Shown: positions 50,097 to 62,307 of the stretch, one piece after another
How positions within the stretch are numbered: position 1 is the first letter of the stretch
Layout: each line of letters starts with the position of its first letter
Assembly: GCF_022045235.1 (NCBI RefSeq)
Contig: NW_027266266.1
Coordinates: 4,953,848 to 5,017,847, forward strand
Length of the DNA: 64,000 nucleotides
Direction of reading: 5' to 3'
Origin: Haliotis cracherodii
Taxonomy: Eukaryota
Notes under the pieces: model-generated
Database searches by the model: none
What the model was told of the DNA's origin: nothing
Seen by the model: only the letters and a program-made list of their open reading frames with translations
Program-made: the position numbers and the translations under genes

Positions 50097-51506
50097 CTAA
50101 GTAAAGCAATAGGGCAACTGGTCAGTCAGTGATCTCATCACCAGGGTGGGGTCAACCACGCCTCAACAATCACGAGAATTACTCATCCTCATGTACTGTA
50201 CATTGATGATATTATATTTGTGTTCATGTCATACTATGTTCACGACATCAGTGTCTAAATCCCGTTATTTCCTGAGTGGGAGCTTAAACATAGTATGACA
50301 TGAACACAAATATAATGTTCTATTTATTAACGAAGAAGATGTCTACATACAAAGACAAATTTTAGTGTTTACTTAAAAGGACAGCAAGTCGCAACAGTAG
50401 CAGAATCACAATTTATCGACGTCTTCAGCTATGATGTCGTGTCTCGTGTTACGTCATTCCAACCTCACTTCACAATAAGATTTGAATGACGTCAACAATG
50501 CCATCCGTATGACGGAGAAATACACTGTTGTCTCGTGACATGATCACACACTACGAGCACATATGATTTTATGAACTCTTATATGTTTGCCCTCTTAGGT
50601 AATTAAAATAATTACCCTTGACGAAGTCAAAATGAGAAAACAATGACCCGAGCCATGAGGAGGTCAGACCAGACCGAGGCTGAGGTCCGGTAAAACCGCT
50701 GAAGGGGTTGGGTCCGAGGGTCCTTGTTTTCGCATATTGACCTTGTCATTTTAATCAATCGTTATGTTGTACTGAAATTCACTTGAAAGTTTATGAAGTC
50801 TTTCAACCCTTCTCTGTTTCATTACAGTAACATAGCTGCGAACCGTAAAATGTTAATATGCTAGATGCCATCTTGTTTTCTAGCAGATGAGTCAGTATTC
50901 ATCACATGACAGGTCAATACTGATCATGTGACAGGTCATTCTTCGAGGTCAGTGTCAGTCACATGATTTGGGGGTCTACATTGAAATGTATTGTTTCGTT
51001 ACGTGGTACAGATTAATGAATGGAATTGCAAGATTCTTAATAGAGGTATAACAAGAATCATTGTCTGTAAACATTTAAATTTCTGAGAAGAGTGACTTTT
51101 CTCTAACATTGTTATTTTCCCAGTATCCATGACTACATAATGGCGGCTACTGATCTTGCGGACTTTCACATCGTAATATTTACTTTAATATGTAGAAAAT
51201 ACCAGCGATTTGTGTCAAACACTTCAGCTCCAGATATATCGCAATACATCGCAATACAGAAACTATCACAATATATTTCAAACACTTAATTATAAGTCAT
51301 ACTTCCAAATTTCATGTTTTCTAATTGCTTAAAATTTATATATATGATGAGTAGTTGTGCTGTACACAATTTATTTTCCAAAAACAGTAGTGTCATGAAA
51401 TAATATCAATCACTTTGAAAAAAGTTTGCCAGGCTTGAAGTTGTCAGACAAAATGGCATGTATTGTACCACTTAGGATTTTACTACTAGTCTCTCAATAG
51501 AAAATG

Positions 51507-51762
51507 TCAGTAAATGACCTGTAAATGACCTGTATATGTCCTGTAAATGTCCTGTAAATGTCCTGTAAATGTCCTGAATATGTCCTGTAGATCTTAATGT
51601 CTTGTAGAGGTCGCCTAAATGACCTGTAAATGACCTGTAAATGTCCTGTAAATGTCCTGTACATGTCCTGAATATGTCCTGTAGATCTTATTGTCTTGTA
51701 GAGGTCGCCTAAATGACCAGTAAATGTCCTGTAAATGTCCTGTAAATGTAGATGTAAATTAC
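51507..51762. repeat. tandem repeat, 11-bp unit (cctgtaaatgt) within a roughly 120-bp higher-order unit, starting at position +6 of the ASL intron
   Basis: direct read; the intron begins gtaatttacatctacatttacaggacatttacagg... Confidence 0.85.
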
Positions 51763-51822
51763 CTGGAGGTCCTTGTTATAGGTGCTGGGAATCCCCTTCA
51801 GGGACATCATGAACCCCGAACA
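51763..51822 (-). CDS. ASL: ASL exon: [20 protein letters not shown]
   Basis: matches human [20 protein letters not shown]; acceptor gttgcag|, donor |gtaatt. Confidence 0.9.
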
Positions 51823-52056
51823 CTGCAACATCACGGACAATACATCTGTCATGGGACTCATCACACAAGCAAGGGAGTAAACTCATGCTGCTTTCTAATT
51901 ACTCTTTATTGATTCTATTAGGACTCGTTGTTCAAGTGCTACACTGTGATCTCAGGCAGAACAGGGGAGTAATACAATCATCCCTATTTATCACAGTTTA
52001 ATTTGACTCATTTAAAAAACCAATCACTACAAAAACGACTTTTCCTAAAGTAACGT

Positions 52057-52216
52057 GTAGCGGCCATAAAATTTTCGAGTCCCGTGATGGGATTCGAACC
52101 ACGGACCTTCTGATCCGAGGTCGGACGCCTTGTCCACATGACCAAAGAGGTTAACCCCGTCAGCAAGCTGACAAGGTAAGGATGTCATCTGTGGGATGAC
52201 TCCACGCCCTGCTACA
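52057..52216 (-). mobile_element. SINE family D; the reverse complement has a tRNA-like head (..GGTTAACCTCTTTGGTCATGTGGACAAGGCGTCCGACCTCGGATCAGAAGGTCCGTGGTTCGAATCCCATCACGGGACTC)
   Basis: four copies, all in ASL introns in the same orientation as the gene. Confidence 0.7.
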
Positions 52217-52320
52217 TACTCCCCCGTCAACAGAAGGCACGTCCCGGGCCGCATAGTAGGGTACTGAGGCTTATTTTGCTCAAATTTGATATGAACGTGC
52301 TCAGCCCCACGTTGGGCGCC

Positions 52321-52483
52321 AATGTAGCGGCCATAAAATTTCCGAGTCCCGTGATGGGATTCGAACCACGGACCTTCTGATCCGAGGTCGGACGCCTTGT
52401 CCACATGACCAAAGAGGTTAACCCCGTCAGCAAGCTGACAAGGTAAGGATGTCATCTGTGGGATGACTCCACGCCCTGCTACA
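52321..52483 (-). mobile_element. SINE family D, second adjacent copy (a tandem pair about 275 bp apart)
   Basis: about 99% identical to 52057-52216. Confidence 0.75.
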
Positions 52484-52521
52484 AACGCATTAATTGAAGT
52501 AGTCATGAGAGTGATGATTGC

Positions 52522-52612
52522 ATGTTGTTTTATGCTTCAGTCAGCAATATTCCAGCTATATCATGGTAGCCTGTAATAGTTGCGTTGAGGCCAGGCAGAC
52601 CAGTGACTGCAA
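52522..52612 (-). mobile_element. SINE family A fragment
   Basis: ttgttttatgcttcagtcagcaatattccagctatatcatggtagcctgtaat. Confidence 0.55.
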
Positions 52613-52661
52613 GCAGACTTCTAGGGACTTATAGAACTCCTGAATCACTGCAGGCACAATG

Positions 52662-53760
<1,099 letters not shown>

Positions 53761-53874
53761 TCATTAACTCAGTCACATCATCATCATCATCATACTGACA
53801 GACTGATTGTGGCCCACAAGGCCTTACTGACATTTAATGTACATCCATGAGTGAGTGAGTATGGTTTTACGCAT

Positions 53875-54115
53875 CTTCTTGAGGCAAGAGAGTTAACTGA
53901 CTATGAAAGTCCAATTTCCACCCTTGCCGAACTAGGCTGGAATTCCTGGGCTCAATCGTAGCGCCACCATTGGCTATTATGAGTTATGTCCCTTCTAAGC
54001 CTCTCCTATGGACCAATCAGAGTCCACCTCTCGTATGACTTGTATTTGCTTCAAACATAATGGCGGCACCCAGTCAAGACGATCTGATCGATTGGGAAGA
54101 TTTGGAAAATTACTG
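53875..54115. mobile_element. MITE family 2 fragment (TIR plus internal)
   Basis: gaggcaagagagttaactgactatgaaagtccaatttccacccttgccgaactaggctgg.. similar to 15640-15900. Confidence 0.6.
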
Positions 54116-54223
54116 TTGATAAACACACTTTTTGCTTATTACTATGCATCAGTGAATCTGACAAAACTACTGATGAATCATTCCATTCCGACAAAACTAC
54201 TGACTGAATCATAATTTTGAAAC

Positions 54224-55603
54224 AAAGCTCCACTATTGCTACAACACTGATCCATACTGACCTGTATGCGTCCGAGAGCGTGACAAAGCTCCACTACTGC
54301 TACAACACTGATCCATACTGACCTGTATGCGTCCGAGAGCGTGACAAAGCTCCACTACTGCTACAACACTGATCCATACTGACCTGTATGCGTTCGAGAG
54401 CGTGACAAAGCTCCACTATTGCTACAACACTGATCCATTCTGACCTGTATGCGTCCGAGAGTGTGACAAAGCTCCACTATTGCTACAACACTGATCTATT
54501 CTGACCTGTATGCGTCCGAGAGTGTGACAAAGCTCCACTATTGCTACAACACTGATCCATACTGACCTGTATGCGTCCGAGGGTGTGACAAAGCTCCACT
54601 ATTGCTACAACACTGATCCATACTGACCTGTATGCGTCTGAGAGTGTGACAAAGCTCCGGTATTGCTACAACACTGATCCATACTGACCTGTATGCGTCC
54701 GAGAGTGTGACAAAGCTCCACTATTGCTACAACACTGATCCATACTGACCTGTATGCGTCCGAGAGTGTGACAAAGCTCCACTATTGCTACAGCACTGAT
54801 CCTTTCTGACCTGTATGCGTCCGAGAGCGTGACAAAGCTCCACTATTGCTACAACACTGATCCATACTGACCTGTATGCGTCCGAGAGTGTGACAAAGCT
54901 CCGCTATTGCTACAACACTGATCCATACTGACCTGTATGCGTCCGAGAGCGTGACAAAGCTCCACTACTGCTACAACACTGATCCATACTGACCTGTATG
55001 CGTCCGAGAGCGTGACAAAGCTCCACTACTGCTACAACACTGATCCATACTGACCTGTATGCGTTCGAGAGCGTGACAAAGCTCCACTATTGCTACAACA
55101 CTGATCCATTCTGACCTGTATGCGTCCGAGAGTGTGACAAAGCTCCGCTATTGCTACAACACTGATCCATTCTGACCTGTATGCGTCCGAGAGTGTGACA
55201 AAGCTCCACTATTGCTACAACACTGATCCATACTGACCTGTATGCATCCGAGGGTGTGACAAAGCTCCACTATTGCTACAACACTGATCCATACTGACCT
55301 GTATGCGTCCGAGAGTGTGACAAAGCTCCGCTATTGCTACAACACTGATCCATACTGACCTGTATGCGTCCGAGAGTGTGACAAAGCTCCACTATTGCTA
55401 CAACACTGATCCATACTGACCTGTATGCGTCCGAGAGTGTGACAAAGCTCCACTATTGCTACAATACTGATCCATTCTGACCTGTATGCGTCCGAGAGTG
55501 TGACAAAGCTCGACTATTGCTACAACACTGATCCATTCTGACCTGTATGCGTCCGAGAGCGTGACAAAGCTCCACTAATGCTACAACACTGATCCATACT
55601 GAC
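54224..55603. repeat. minisatellite, 60-bp unit x about 23; each unit is the last 29 nt of the ASL exon at 55604-55718 plus the first 31 nt of the intron
   Basis: unit ctgtatgcgtccgagagYgtgacaaagctccactaYtgctacaacactgatccatactgac versus the exon end ctgtatgcgtccgagagcgtgacaaagct|GAACTCC. Confidence 0.9.
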
Positions 55604-55718
55604 CTGTATGCGTCCGAGAGCGTGACAAAGCTGAACTCCTTGGTGGAGTAGAGGATGAGGTCCTCCGCCCAGCGGCTGAGGTGAGTGCTGAGCAGTGACG
55701 CCCAGAACAGAAACTCCA
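55604..55718 (-). CDS. ASL: ASL exon: (V)[37 protein letters not shown](S)
   Basis: matches human [39 protein letters not shown]; acceptor tgtttcag|, donor AG|gtcagt. Confidence 0.9.
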
Positions 55719-55868
55719 CTGAAACATGGCGGAACAGGACGCAAACTCAGCAACAGATACAGAGACGCCCCAGCTTAAGGCAATTAGGAATATCTGGGAT
55801 AATTGGCTTCTAAATTAGCAAAAGTTAATCAAATATTCATGATTGTTCGACTACTTAAAGCAATGAAC

Positions 55869-56095
55869 CCGTGAAGTTCCAGGGTAGAATAGGTCTTCAG
55901 CAACCCATGCTTGCCATAAAAGGCGACTAAGGTGATCGGGCAGTCAGGCTCGCTGACTTGGTTGATGCATGTCATGGATCCCAATTGCGTAGATCTATGC
56001 TCATGATATCAATCACTGTATTGTCTGGTCCAGACTTGATTATTTACAGACCACCGTCATATAGCTGGAATATTTCTGAGTGCAGCAAACCAACC
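55869..56095 (+). mobile_element. SINE family A copy
   Basis: family A similarity plus tail module. Confidence 0.7.
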
Positions 56096-56214
56096 TTTAA
56101 ATCATGAAATTAACGCATTACAAATTAAAGATGAGCAACAGCCCCTAGCCTAAAATGAGTCCCGAAATTATTGCGAGTAGCCCTATCTTTGAAATTTAAA
56201 AAACGACAACACTA

Positions 56215-56300
56215 TTTGTTGTTTGTTGTTTAATGCCGCCCTCAGCAATATTACAACTATATGACGACGGTCTGTAAATAATCCAGTCTGGACCAGACAA
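56215..56300 (-). mobile_element. SINE family A 3' fragment ending 6 bp from the ASL splice donor at 56306
   Basis: cgccctcagcaatattacaactatatgacgacggtctgtaaataatccagtctggaccagacaa. Confidence 0.65.
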
Positions 56301-56305
56301 CTCAC

Positions 56306-56368
56306 CGACAAAGTCTCGGTCACTGACTGCATCCAAACTGTTTCCTGTCACATCCCCAAGGCCAAGTT
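56306..56368 (-). CDS. ASL: ASL exon: (E)LGLGDVTGNSLDAVSDRDFV
   Basis: matches human [21 protein letters not shown]; acceptor ggtttcag|, donor |gtgagt. Confidence 0.85.
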
Positions 56369-56544
56369 CTGAAACCAAAGATCGATTCATTGACACCACA
56401 TTCTATATATTCATGCTGAGTGATATGTATTTAGTCTTTTTGTTTGTAACATGGCTAAACATTATTTTTTCACTTCTGCTTCCAGTCAACAAATAAAATG
56501 TGTAAAGAACTGACTTCAATACTTTTCGCTTTAAAGGAGCAACA

Positions 56545-56658
56545 TCACGATGGGGAACACCAGAAAGGGGCTTCACACATTGTACCCATGTCGGGAATCA
56601 AACCCGGGTCTTTGGTGTGACGAGCGAATGCTTTAACATCTAGGCTACCCCACCGCCA
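56545..56658 (-). mobile_element. SINE family B head, inverted
   Basis: reverse complement of GGCGGTGGGGTAGCCTAGATGTTAAAGCATTCGCTCGTCACACCAAAGACCCGGGTTTGATTCCCGACATGGGTAC. Confidence 0.7.
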
Positions 56659-56755
56659 ATCGCTTTAATGGATGCCACAAAGTTACTAGAAATTTAGACA
56701 TTCTTGTCTAAACACCTTTTGAAACATGACACAGAAATAAGAACACTCGTTTTAC

Positions 56756-56808
56756 CTTTAGCAAGGAAGTCTCTGTCAACATCGAACGGATTCCCAGCCA
56801 GTGCACCA
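56756..56808 (-). CDS. ASL: ASL exon: (S)GALAGNPFDVDRDFLAK
   Basis: matches human SGAIAGNPLGVDRELLRA; acceptor ttgtttag|, donor |gtaaaa. Confidence 0.85.
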
Positions 56809-56825
56809 CTAAACAAGAACAACAA

Positions 56826-57070
56826 GTGAGTGAGACTAGTTTAACACCGCTTTGAACCGCATTTCAGTTATATCACGGCATGACAAAACTGAAATAAGAT
56901 GTTTACCACCTTGTTGAAATGCAGCCACACAGGAATGGTGTTGACAATCTTAAAAATGCTATCAGTGTGAATCTGTAAATCAACCCCGCAATCACAGATT
57001 TCTCTCATACATAAGGGACACAACTCTGTACAGCAAGTTGTTGGGCCTTTGACAACTGGGCCACCTGTGA
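56826..57070 (-). mobile_element. SINE family C, diverged copy
   Basis: gagtgagac..ttaacaccgct...atcacggc..ccac..ggaatggtgttgacaa similar to 2136-2420. Confidence 0.6.
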
Positions 57071-57309
57071 CCTTGAAAAGATTGATGATCTCAATACCAG
57101 GTAATTATGTGTTAAGAACACACAAAAATTGAGTGAACAATTTCTAAACTACAAATACACATGTACATTTGTAAAGTGCTTATTTCCCACTGAAAATCAG
57201 CACCTGGACAATATTTTAATAGTATTAAAATTTAAATATTTTAATCAACTGTTTTTATGACATGATTTACTGCTTTTTCAAATGCAGACCATAGGCATGT
57301 GATAACATG

Positions 57310-57900
57310 AATTAGTATATAATAGGGGTGAAACGATACAGCAAGGTCATGATATGATACTTATCCCAATACATAGGTCACTATACGATATGTATCGCGG
57401 TACGCATATTTACGTCAATTCGCATGGAAACTTCTTGACCATAAATATTTCAGAGAAAGTTCCAAGGGAAAAGCAACATGTAGACACATGTTTGTAGCGG
57501 CTGTTGTGAATAGTGAACTTGAAAGGCTAATTACAACACATTTTGCAATATCTGACTGACAACACCACTGGGATTAAGGTGGGGGTGGGGCAGTGGATGG
57601 AGGTGGGTGTGTTGGGGTGTGGGTGGGGGTAAAGGTGTGGTTGTGGATAGGGAGGGGGTGAGGGTGTGGTTCGGGGTGGGGATAGAGGTGTGGTTGTGGA
57701 AAGGGGCGGGAGTGGGGGTGGATGGGGGTGGGGGTGGGGTTGGGGGTAAAGGTGTGGTTGTGGATGGGGGCGGGGGTGTGGGTCATTAAACAAGTAGTAA
57801 GTAACTTATTTTAGCAAGTGTATCAACTTGAATGAAAAATGAATTGTGTATTGCATAGTCACATGAAAACTCCCGATGCACCGATGTATCAGTTCACCCC
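57310..57900 (+). mobile_element. interspersed repeat R1, copy 2, with an internal G-rich minisatellite (57570-57790) expanded
   Basis: collinear similarity to 45370-45900. Confidence 0.6.
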
Positions 57901-57944
57901 TGGTATATAAAATCCCATGATGGTCATAAGAAGTGACAAACAGG

Positions 57945-58060
57945 ATCGGTGGTCAGTGTGTCCATCACTGGATTGTCTGGTCGTGACTCGATTATTTACA
58001 GACCAACATCATAAAGCCGGAATATTGTAGAGTGCAGCGTTAAACAACGAACGCACAAAT
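57945..58060 (+). mobile_element. SINE family A fragment
   Basis: ..cactggattgtctggtcgtgactcgattatttacagacc..gccggaatattgtagagtgcagcgttaaacaacgaacg. Confidence 0.6.
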
Positions 58061-58127
58061 GATACAAACATATCATCTATTTCAAACTGCATGCTCTCTT
58101 CAGAGGAGACAACTCTGTCAGTACTGA

Positions 58128-58205
58128 CCTGCCAAGGGGCAAAACTGCTGTTCTCTCCCTCAACTGGTCAAGTCTCTTCAGATCTCGCTGCAACATCCAC
58201 CCATA
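58128..58205 (-). CDS. ASL: ASL exon: (S)YGWMLQRDLKRLDQLRERTAVLPLG(S)
   Basis: matches human [27 protein letters not shown]; acceptor gtgttcag|, donor |gtcagt. Confidence 0.85.
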
Positions 58206-58254
58206 GCTGAACACAACAGGGACGAAGAAGTGGTCATACAAGTTTAGAGTTAAG

Positions 58255-58467
58255 AGAGTTGGATGAGATGACACTTTGAAGAATATTTCACATCATCACG
58301 GTATATCAGCTTCATGTGAAGGAAAGCCTGAAGTGACATAGGTCTTGGACGTTTATCACCTTGCAAAAACCACGAGAAAGGATATGGTGCTGACAAACCT
58401 TGAAACATAAGCAGAGAGAACCAATGACGATAATTTTCTGGCACCCTAAGGGATGCAACTCTGCCCT
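58255..58467 (-). mobile_element. SINE family C, diverged copy
   Basis: ..gaaggaaagcctgaagtgacataggtcttggacgtttatcacc...ggtgctgacaaacc..gaaacataa. Confidence 0.55.
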
Positions 58468-59256
58468 ATGAACTGGGGTGCTTCAGGTAACTGAGGGCCC
58501 TCTTGCCCTACCCTGATGCTAGAAATAAGGGCTGGGACGAGTCCACATTTACTACCCGGGTACCCACCCCGCTATTACCTGACCCTACCTGGTAACTGCT
58601 GCAGGCCTCAAGAGCTTGGAACATAATGTGTCATTGGGAATTGTCTTACATGAGCCCTGGCAAAAACTGAACTTGACTGAAGCTTTATCTTTATTCAAAA
58701 ACATAAAAGTCAGAAGGAATGTGTGCATAGTCAGAAAAAATGGGGACATCAGAGTTTTGTAGTGTAACCATGGAGTTACAGTGAGTTTTTGTCATTAAAC
58801 AATATATCATGTGACTAACATGGGTCCGGGTTGTACCGGAGTTACCTGTCCAGCACCTAGCTAAAACAGAACATAATCACAACAACTTCTACTCATAAAA
58901 TTCTATCAAATGAACGTCAGTTTGGAAGGGATTTGCCATCTCCATGACAACAATCATGTACCCATTGGGCATACCAGTACATAACCTAAATAACAAAGTA
59001 TCATTTGATACTTTGACCATGTTTATGTTAATCAAACTGCATAAAAAATATTCCAAAGGGCTTACATATCAGAAATAACATTTTTTCAATTTATACACCT
59101 TTATCACAAATTACTTAATTTTATAATAACTCTGATAAATGATCAATAAAACTGTTCTCTTTCCCACTGCTATACTCTAACTCAAGCTTATTCTATTAAT
59201 ATTATTTCTTTAGAAACTATTTTTGCAGCCACCGACTCAAACTCACAAAGACTCAC

Positions 59257-59334
59257 CTAAGCAACCAGTGGCTCCATCTGATTGGCTGTGCTCTCTGCAG
59301 GTGTGTGTAACCAGGTAGTAAAATGTCAATTTCT
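59257..59334 (-). CDS. ASL: ASL exon: (S)[25 protein letters not shown](S)
   Basis: matches human [26 protein letters not shown]; acceptor atatttttcag|, donor |gtgagt. Confidence 0.9.
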
Positions 59335-59473
59335 CTGAAAAATATTTCAAACAAATTATTGGCAAAGTTAAAAGAAAAAAACATTTGAAGAAAAAGGAAA
59401 GCTGGTATCATTTATTGTGATTGTGTCAATACAGAAAGCTATCACCACTAACTTCACAGTTGATTTGCAATCT

Positions 59474-60048
59474 CATTAAAATCAGATCTGAGTTCTCGCT
59501 GCTGCTAAACAAAGATCTGAGGACATCCCATTTACGGGTCACGTCAGACCGACCTTTCGCGAACTTTGACCGACTACTGAATTGACCTACAAGAAGTCGA
59601 CATCAGCCAGTTACAAAGCAGCTTTCTCGAGCATTACGGCAATCGTTTCAACCTGGTGGCTTCCATTTCAGATTACGCTTGAAAAATATGTTGACACAGT
59701 TCTCGATTAAAATTTTGAAAACTGAACAAACGAACATTCCGGAATGTCTAATATATGGTTGAGATTGTATAGCAATGCTTCCCACATACTGTGCAACGCC
59801 TCCTCCGTTCAAATGTTTATCCCACTGAAGCAAGAGATAGACGATAATTTTGACGAATCAGTCGTACGGGTCGTAACTGTCGTTCGGAATACTCCGTGTT
59901 GACGTTTTCAAGGTTGCATGATTAGAAAACACATTTCAACGGTCACTTTCATGATCCGGTCGGATGAAAGGTCGTTCTGACATGCCCCGTAATGGGATGT
60001 CCTCAGATCTTTGTTTAGCGATAGCGAGAACTAGGATCTGATTTTAAT
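59474..60048. mobile_element. MITE family 1, complete copy of about 575 bp with TIRs of about 75 bp (cattaaaatcagatctgagttctcgctgctgctaaacaaagatctgaggacatcccatttacgggtcacgtcagaccgacctttc)
   Basis: 59474-59550 is the reverse complement of 59975-60048; the internal region is about 90% identical to 3470-3870; no coding capacity. Confidence 0.8.
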
Positions 60049-60456
60049 TGGGATTGGGTTGATTTGCTGTGTAGTCAAATCAAGACGCAGCCTGATTCAA
60101 GCAAAAAGGAAGCCAGCGTATGCTCAGATTAAATCACAGGAACAACAATGTGTGTCAGTGAACATGTGCCATAGCTTTACAGTCTCATCTCCTTAATACA
60201 CTGTTTCTGTATCAGGCAATGGTAGGGTTCTCAAAAGATATGCCCAGAGCATGACTCATTTGATTTCTGTGATCATTTAGTGAACTAAAAATAAATACAC
60301 ATTAAGCGACATTATTGAAACCTGTAAACCCTCACTTTCTTGGTGTACTGGTATTGCTTGTTTGTTCTGGTTGCTGTTAAACACTTCACTCAATAAACAA
60401 TTGGCCAGTAAATAATCAAGTCTGGACCTGACAATTCAGTGAATCGATATTGTGAC

Positions 60457-60618
60457 TGTAGCGGTCAAAAGATTTCAGAGTCCCGTGATGGGATTCGAAC
60501 CACGGTCCTTCTGATCATAGGTCGGACGCCTTGTCCATGTGACCAAAGAGGTTAACCCTGTCAGCAAGCTGACAAGGTAAGGATGTCATCTGTGGGACAA
60601 CTCCACGCCCTGCTACAT
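60457..60618 (-). mobile_element. SINE family D copy
   Basis: similar to 52057-52216. Confidence 0.7.
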
Positions 60619-60792
60619 GAGCAACTATGTCATCGGGGTCTGAAGACACACAATCAACCATGTCAGCAAGCTTGACCACTCAATCCATGATCACCTCTTA
60701 CGACCAGCGTAGGTTGGTGGGGGCCAATACAACCTGGATTCCCCAATGGGCGACTCGCATTAAGCTGACATTCTCTTCATCAGTGTACTCAC

Positions 60793-60947
60793 GACTTGGC
60801 CCTGTTGAGGATGACGCTGATGAAGTCGGTGAGGTAAGTGCGGAGCTGCAGCTGGGCGTCTCTCATCCACAGCCTCATGTCGGTGGCCACCTGGTCATTG
60901 CGGCTCCGGCCCGTGTGCAGCTTGCCTCCTGCTGCACCGATCAACTC
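60793..60947 (-). CDS. ASL: ASL exon: [51 protein letters not shown](S)
   Basis: matches human [30 protein letters not shown]....LLWELIRTMVDRAEAE; acceptor tgtttcag|, donor TC|gtgagt. Confidence 0.9.
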
Positions 60948-62150
60948 CTGAAACATTCACACCATCGTCACCTGCACTGACGCTTCTCTTAATTTAGTCA
61001 TCCTGCTGCACCGATCAACTCCTGAAACATTCACACCATCGTCACCTGCACTGACGCTTCTCTTAATCTAGTCATCCTGCTGCACCGATCAACTCCTGAA
61101 ACATTCACACCATCGTCTCCTGCACTGACGCTTCTCTTAATTTAGTCATCCTGCTGCACCGATCAACTCCTGAAACATTCACACCATCGTCTCCTGCACT
61201 GACGCTTCTCTTAATTTAGTCATCCTGCTGCACCGATCAACTCCTGAAACATTCACACCATCGTCTCCTGCACTGACGCTTCTCTTAATTTAGTCATCCT
61301 ACTGCACCGATCAACTCCTGAAACATTCACACCATCGTCACCTGCACTGATGCTTCTCTTAATTTAGTCATCCTGCTGCACCGATCAACTCCTGAAACAT
61401 TCACACCATCGTCTCCTGCACTGACGCTTCTCTTAATTTAGTCATCCTACTGCACCGATCAACTCCTGAAACATTCACACCATCGTCTCCTGCACTGACG
61501 CTTCTCTTAATTTAGTCATCCTACTGCACCGATCAACTCCTGAAACATTCACACCATCGTCTCCTGCACTGAAGCTTCTCTCAATTTAGTCATCCTGCTG
61601 CACCAATCAACTCCTGAAACATTCACACCATCGTCACCTGCACTGACGCTTGCTTCTCTTAATTTAGTCATCCTGCTGCACCAATCAACTCCGGAAACAT
61701 TCACACCATCGTCACCTGCACTGACGCTTGCTTCTCTTAATTTAGTCATCCTGCTGCACCGATCAACTCCTGAAACATTCACACCATCGTCACCTGCACT
61801 GATGCAGCTCTTAATTTAGTCATCCTGCTGCACCAATCAACTCCTAAAACATTCACACAATCGTCACCTGCACTGACGCTTCTCTTAATTTAGTCATCCT
61901 GCTGCACCAATCAACTCCTGAAACATTCACACCATCGTCACCTGCACTGACGCTTCTCTTAATTTAGTCATCCTGCTGCATGATCAACTCCTGAAACATT
62001 CACACAAGCATGTCTATCGCCACCTGCACTGACGTGTTTCTTAAGTTAGTTATCTTGTTGCACCGATAAGCTCCTGAAGCATTGACAAAACAATGTCCAT
62101 CGTCTCCTGCACTGAAGTTTTTCTTAACTTAGACCTTATCCTAATCCTGA
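60948..62150. repeat. minisatellite, about 62-bp unit x about 17 (degenerating after 62000); each unit is the last 14 nt of the ASL intron (the acceptor) plus the first 20 nt of the exon at 60928-60947
   Basis: unit ctgaaacattcacaccatcgtcacctgcactgacgcttctcttaatttagtcatcctgctgcaccgatcaactc versus the junction ..cctgctgcaccgatcaactc|ctgaaacattcac. Confidence 0.9.
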
Positions 62151-62223
62151 TCAACATAGTAAAAAAACATGAACATGTTCTGTTCCAAAAATTTTTTGTC
62201 CCTGAATAACTCTGAATAACAAC

Positions 62224-62307
62224 CTTGAGCCTCCTCTCATTGGCAGTGTGGATGTCTTCGTCCCCTGGCTTCAGCTCAAACTCATCTTTCTGCCACTCCT
62301 CTTTAAC
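62224..62307 (-). CDS. ASL: ASL exon: [28 protein letters not shown]
   Basis: matches human [28 protein letters not shown]; acceptor tgtttgcag|, donor |gttgtt (weak consensus). Confidence 0.85.
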
